Below are positions 14,540 to 15,504 of a DNA stretch of 15,504 bases, in pieces. Source of the stretch: a candidate division WOR-3 bacterium (lineage in GTDB: Bacteria; Hydrothermota; Tepidihabitantia; Tepidihabitantales; JAOUPE01); the NCBI GenBank assembly GCA_039801565.1, contig JBDRUX010000058.1, positions 1 through 15,504 on the forward strand. Direction: 5' to 3'. A model generated the notes under the pieces. That model was not told the origin of the DNA. It did no database searches and saw only the letters and a program-made list of their open reading frames with translations. Within the stretch, counting starts at the first letter, position 1. Each line of letters begins with the position of its first letter. The position numbers were made by a program, and so were the translations under genes.

Positions 14540-15504
14540 CTACCCAAAGCGAAGTAAATTGAAATTTTGTAACATCCACTAAACCCCGGTCGGTCAGTTT
14601 TAATTCCGGAATTACCGGCAGGGCTAAAAAAGAAAGCGTTATGAACGGATTCGGCATTCTTGCTCCCCAGGTCTTTAATTTGGCAAGGATTTTATTAAGT
14701 TTTTCTTGAACAACCGTTGCTTCTTCTCGTGACATTAAACCGGCAATCGGTAAGGGCAAGGCACCTTGAATTTTATTCTCAGCGGTAATTACCAAACCGC
14801 CTTGTAAGCGAATAACTTCCTTTATTGCCTTTAATAAATCTAAATCATTAGTGCCAACCCCAATGATATTATGAGAATCGTGAGCAACCGAAGAAGCAAT
14901 TGCTCCTTTTTTTAATCCAAACCCATTAACCAATCCTAAACCAATATTGCCGGTTCTTTTGTGCCGTTCGACCACAACGAGTTTTAAAATGTCGCGTTCC
15001 AAATCAGGCACAACTTCGCCCTTCGCTACTTTTGGTAAAGTTATCCAGGCTTCCGTAACAATTTGATTGGGCACCAATCTAATCACCCGAACCTTGTTAT
15101 TTTGGGCTTTGATTTTAATATCATTACTTGAGATTGCCTTAACCTTCATTGTGTTTACTGCCAGTGCCTTTTTACGCGCCATAGCAAAAAGTTTATCATA
15201 ATCAGGCAGTAGTTTACCTTGCGCCACCACACATTTCCCATCTTTAAATACCATATCAATTGAGAAGTTGGTAAGGTCGGTCACTACTACTAAATCTGCT
15301 TTGTAGTTCGGTGCGATTGCACCTAAGCCTTTTAGTCCAAAATATTCGGCTGGATTTATGGTTACCATTTGGATTGCCGTAATTGGGTCTAAACCCAATC
15401 CGACCGCTTTTTTGAGAATATAGTCAATATGCCCATCTTTAATTAACTCTTCGGGGTGTTTATCATCGGTGACAAAAAGAAAACGACGGGAATTAACCGG
15501 ATTG
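14532..15504 (-). CDS. ade: Adenine deaminase (5'-truncated by the window edge)
   Basis: The frame stays open to the window end (...FVTDDKHP...GHID...). Contains TINPAEYFGL, SSVAHDSHN, LPLPIAGLMS and LSFLALPVIPELKLTDRGL. Confidence 0.95.
   Translation of the reverse strand, partial: NPVNSRRFLFVTDDKHPEELIKDGHIDYILKKAVGLGLDPITAIQMVTINPAEYFGLKGLGAIAPNYKADLVVVTDLTNFSIDMVFKDGKCVVAQGKLLPDYDKLFAMARKKALAVNTMKVKAISSNDIKIKAQNNKVRVIRLVPNQIVTEAWITLPKVAKGEVVPDLERDILKLVVVERHKRTGNIGLGLVNGFGLKKGAIASSVAHDSHNIIGVGTNDLDLLKAIKEVIRLQGGLVITAENKIQGALPLPIAGLMSREEATVVQEKLNKILAKLKTWGARMPNPFITLSFLALPVIPELKLTDRGLVDVTKFQFTSLWVDG

Noticed and set aside
1779..14582. Numerous short antisense or alternate-frame ORFs overlapping the called genes
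   Set aside because: Shadow ORFs of well-supported genes, with no motifs or translation signals.

Overview
Bacterial genomic window. The T9SS-type C-terminal domain and beta-propeller secreted proteins suggest an FCB-affiliated lineage such as candidate WOR-3, but that is inference only. The left third (about 1-5900) is accessory DNA. It contains an integron-type gene cassette array with no integrase gene in the window (CALIN-like). The cassettes are (1) a CfrBI-family type II restriction-modification pair, (2) a VOC/glyoxalase gene and (3) a TagI-like DNA glycosylase carrying an EndoIII-type Fe-S motif. Two clear attC sites are present, and their inverse cores match the cassette starts. The array is bracketed by two oppositely oriented, highly degenerate 12-bp-period tandem arrays of about 18 units each. 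Two diverged TPR-gene 3' remnants lie on the left. The remainder looks like core chromosome: a DUF763 / RsmF-NOP2-like m5C methyltransferase / PUA-like / double zf-TFIIB operon, two convergent secreted beta-propeller genes separated by a small inverted-repeat element, queD, an uncalled 56-aa 8-Cys microprotein, speB, an 84-85-aa orphan, a LOG-family gene and the 3' part of ade.
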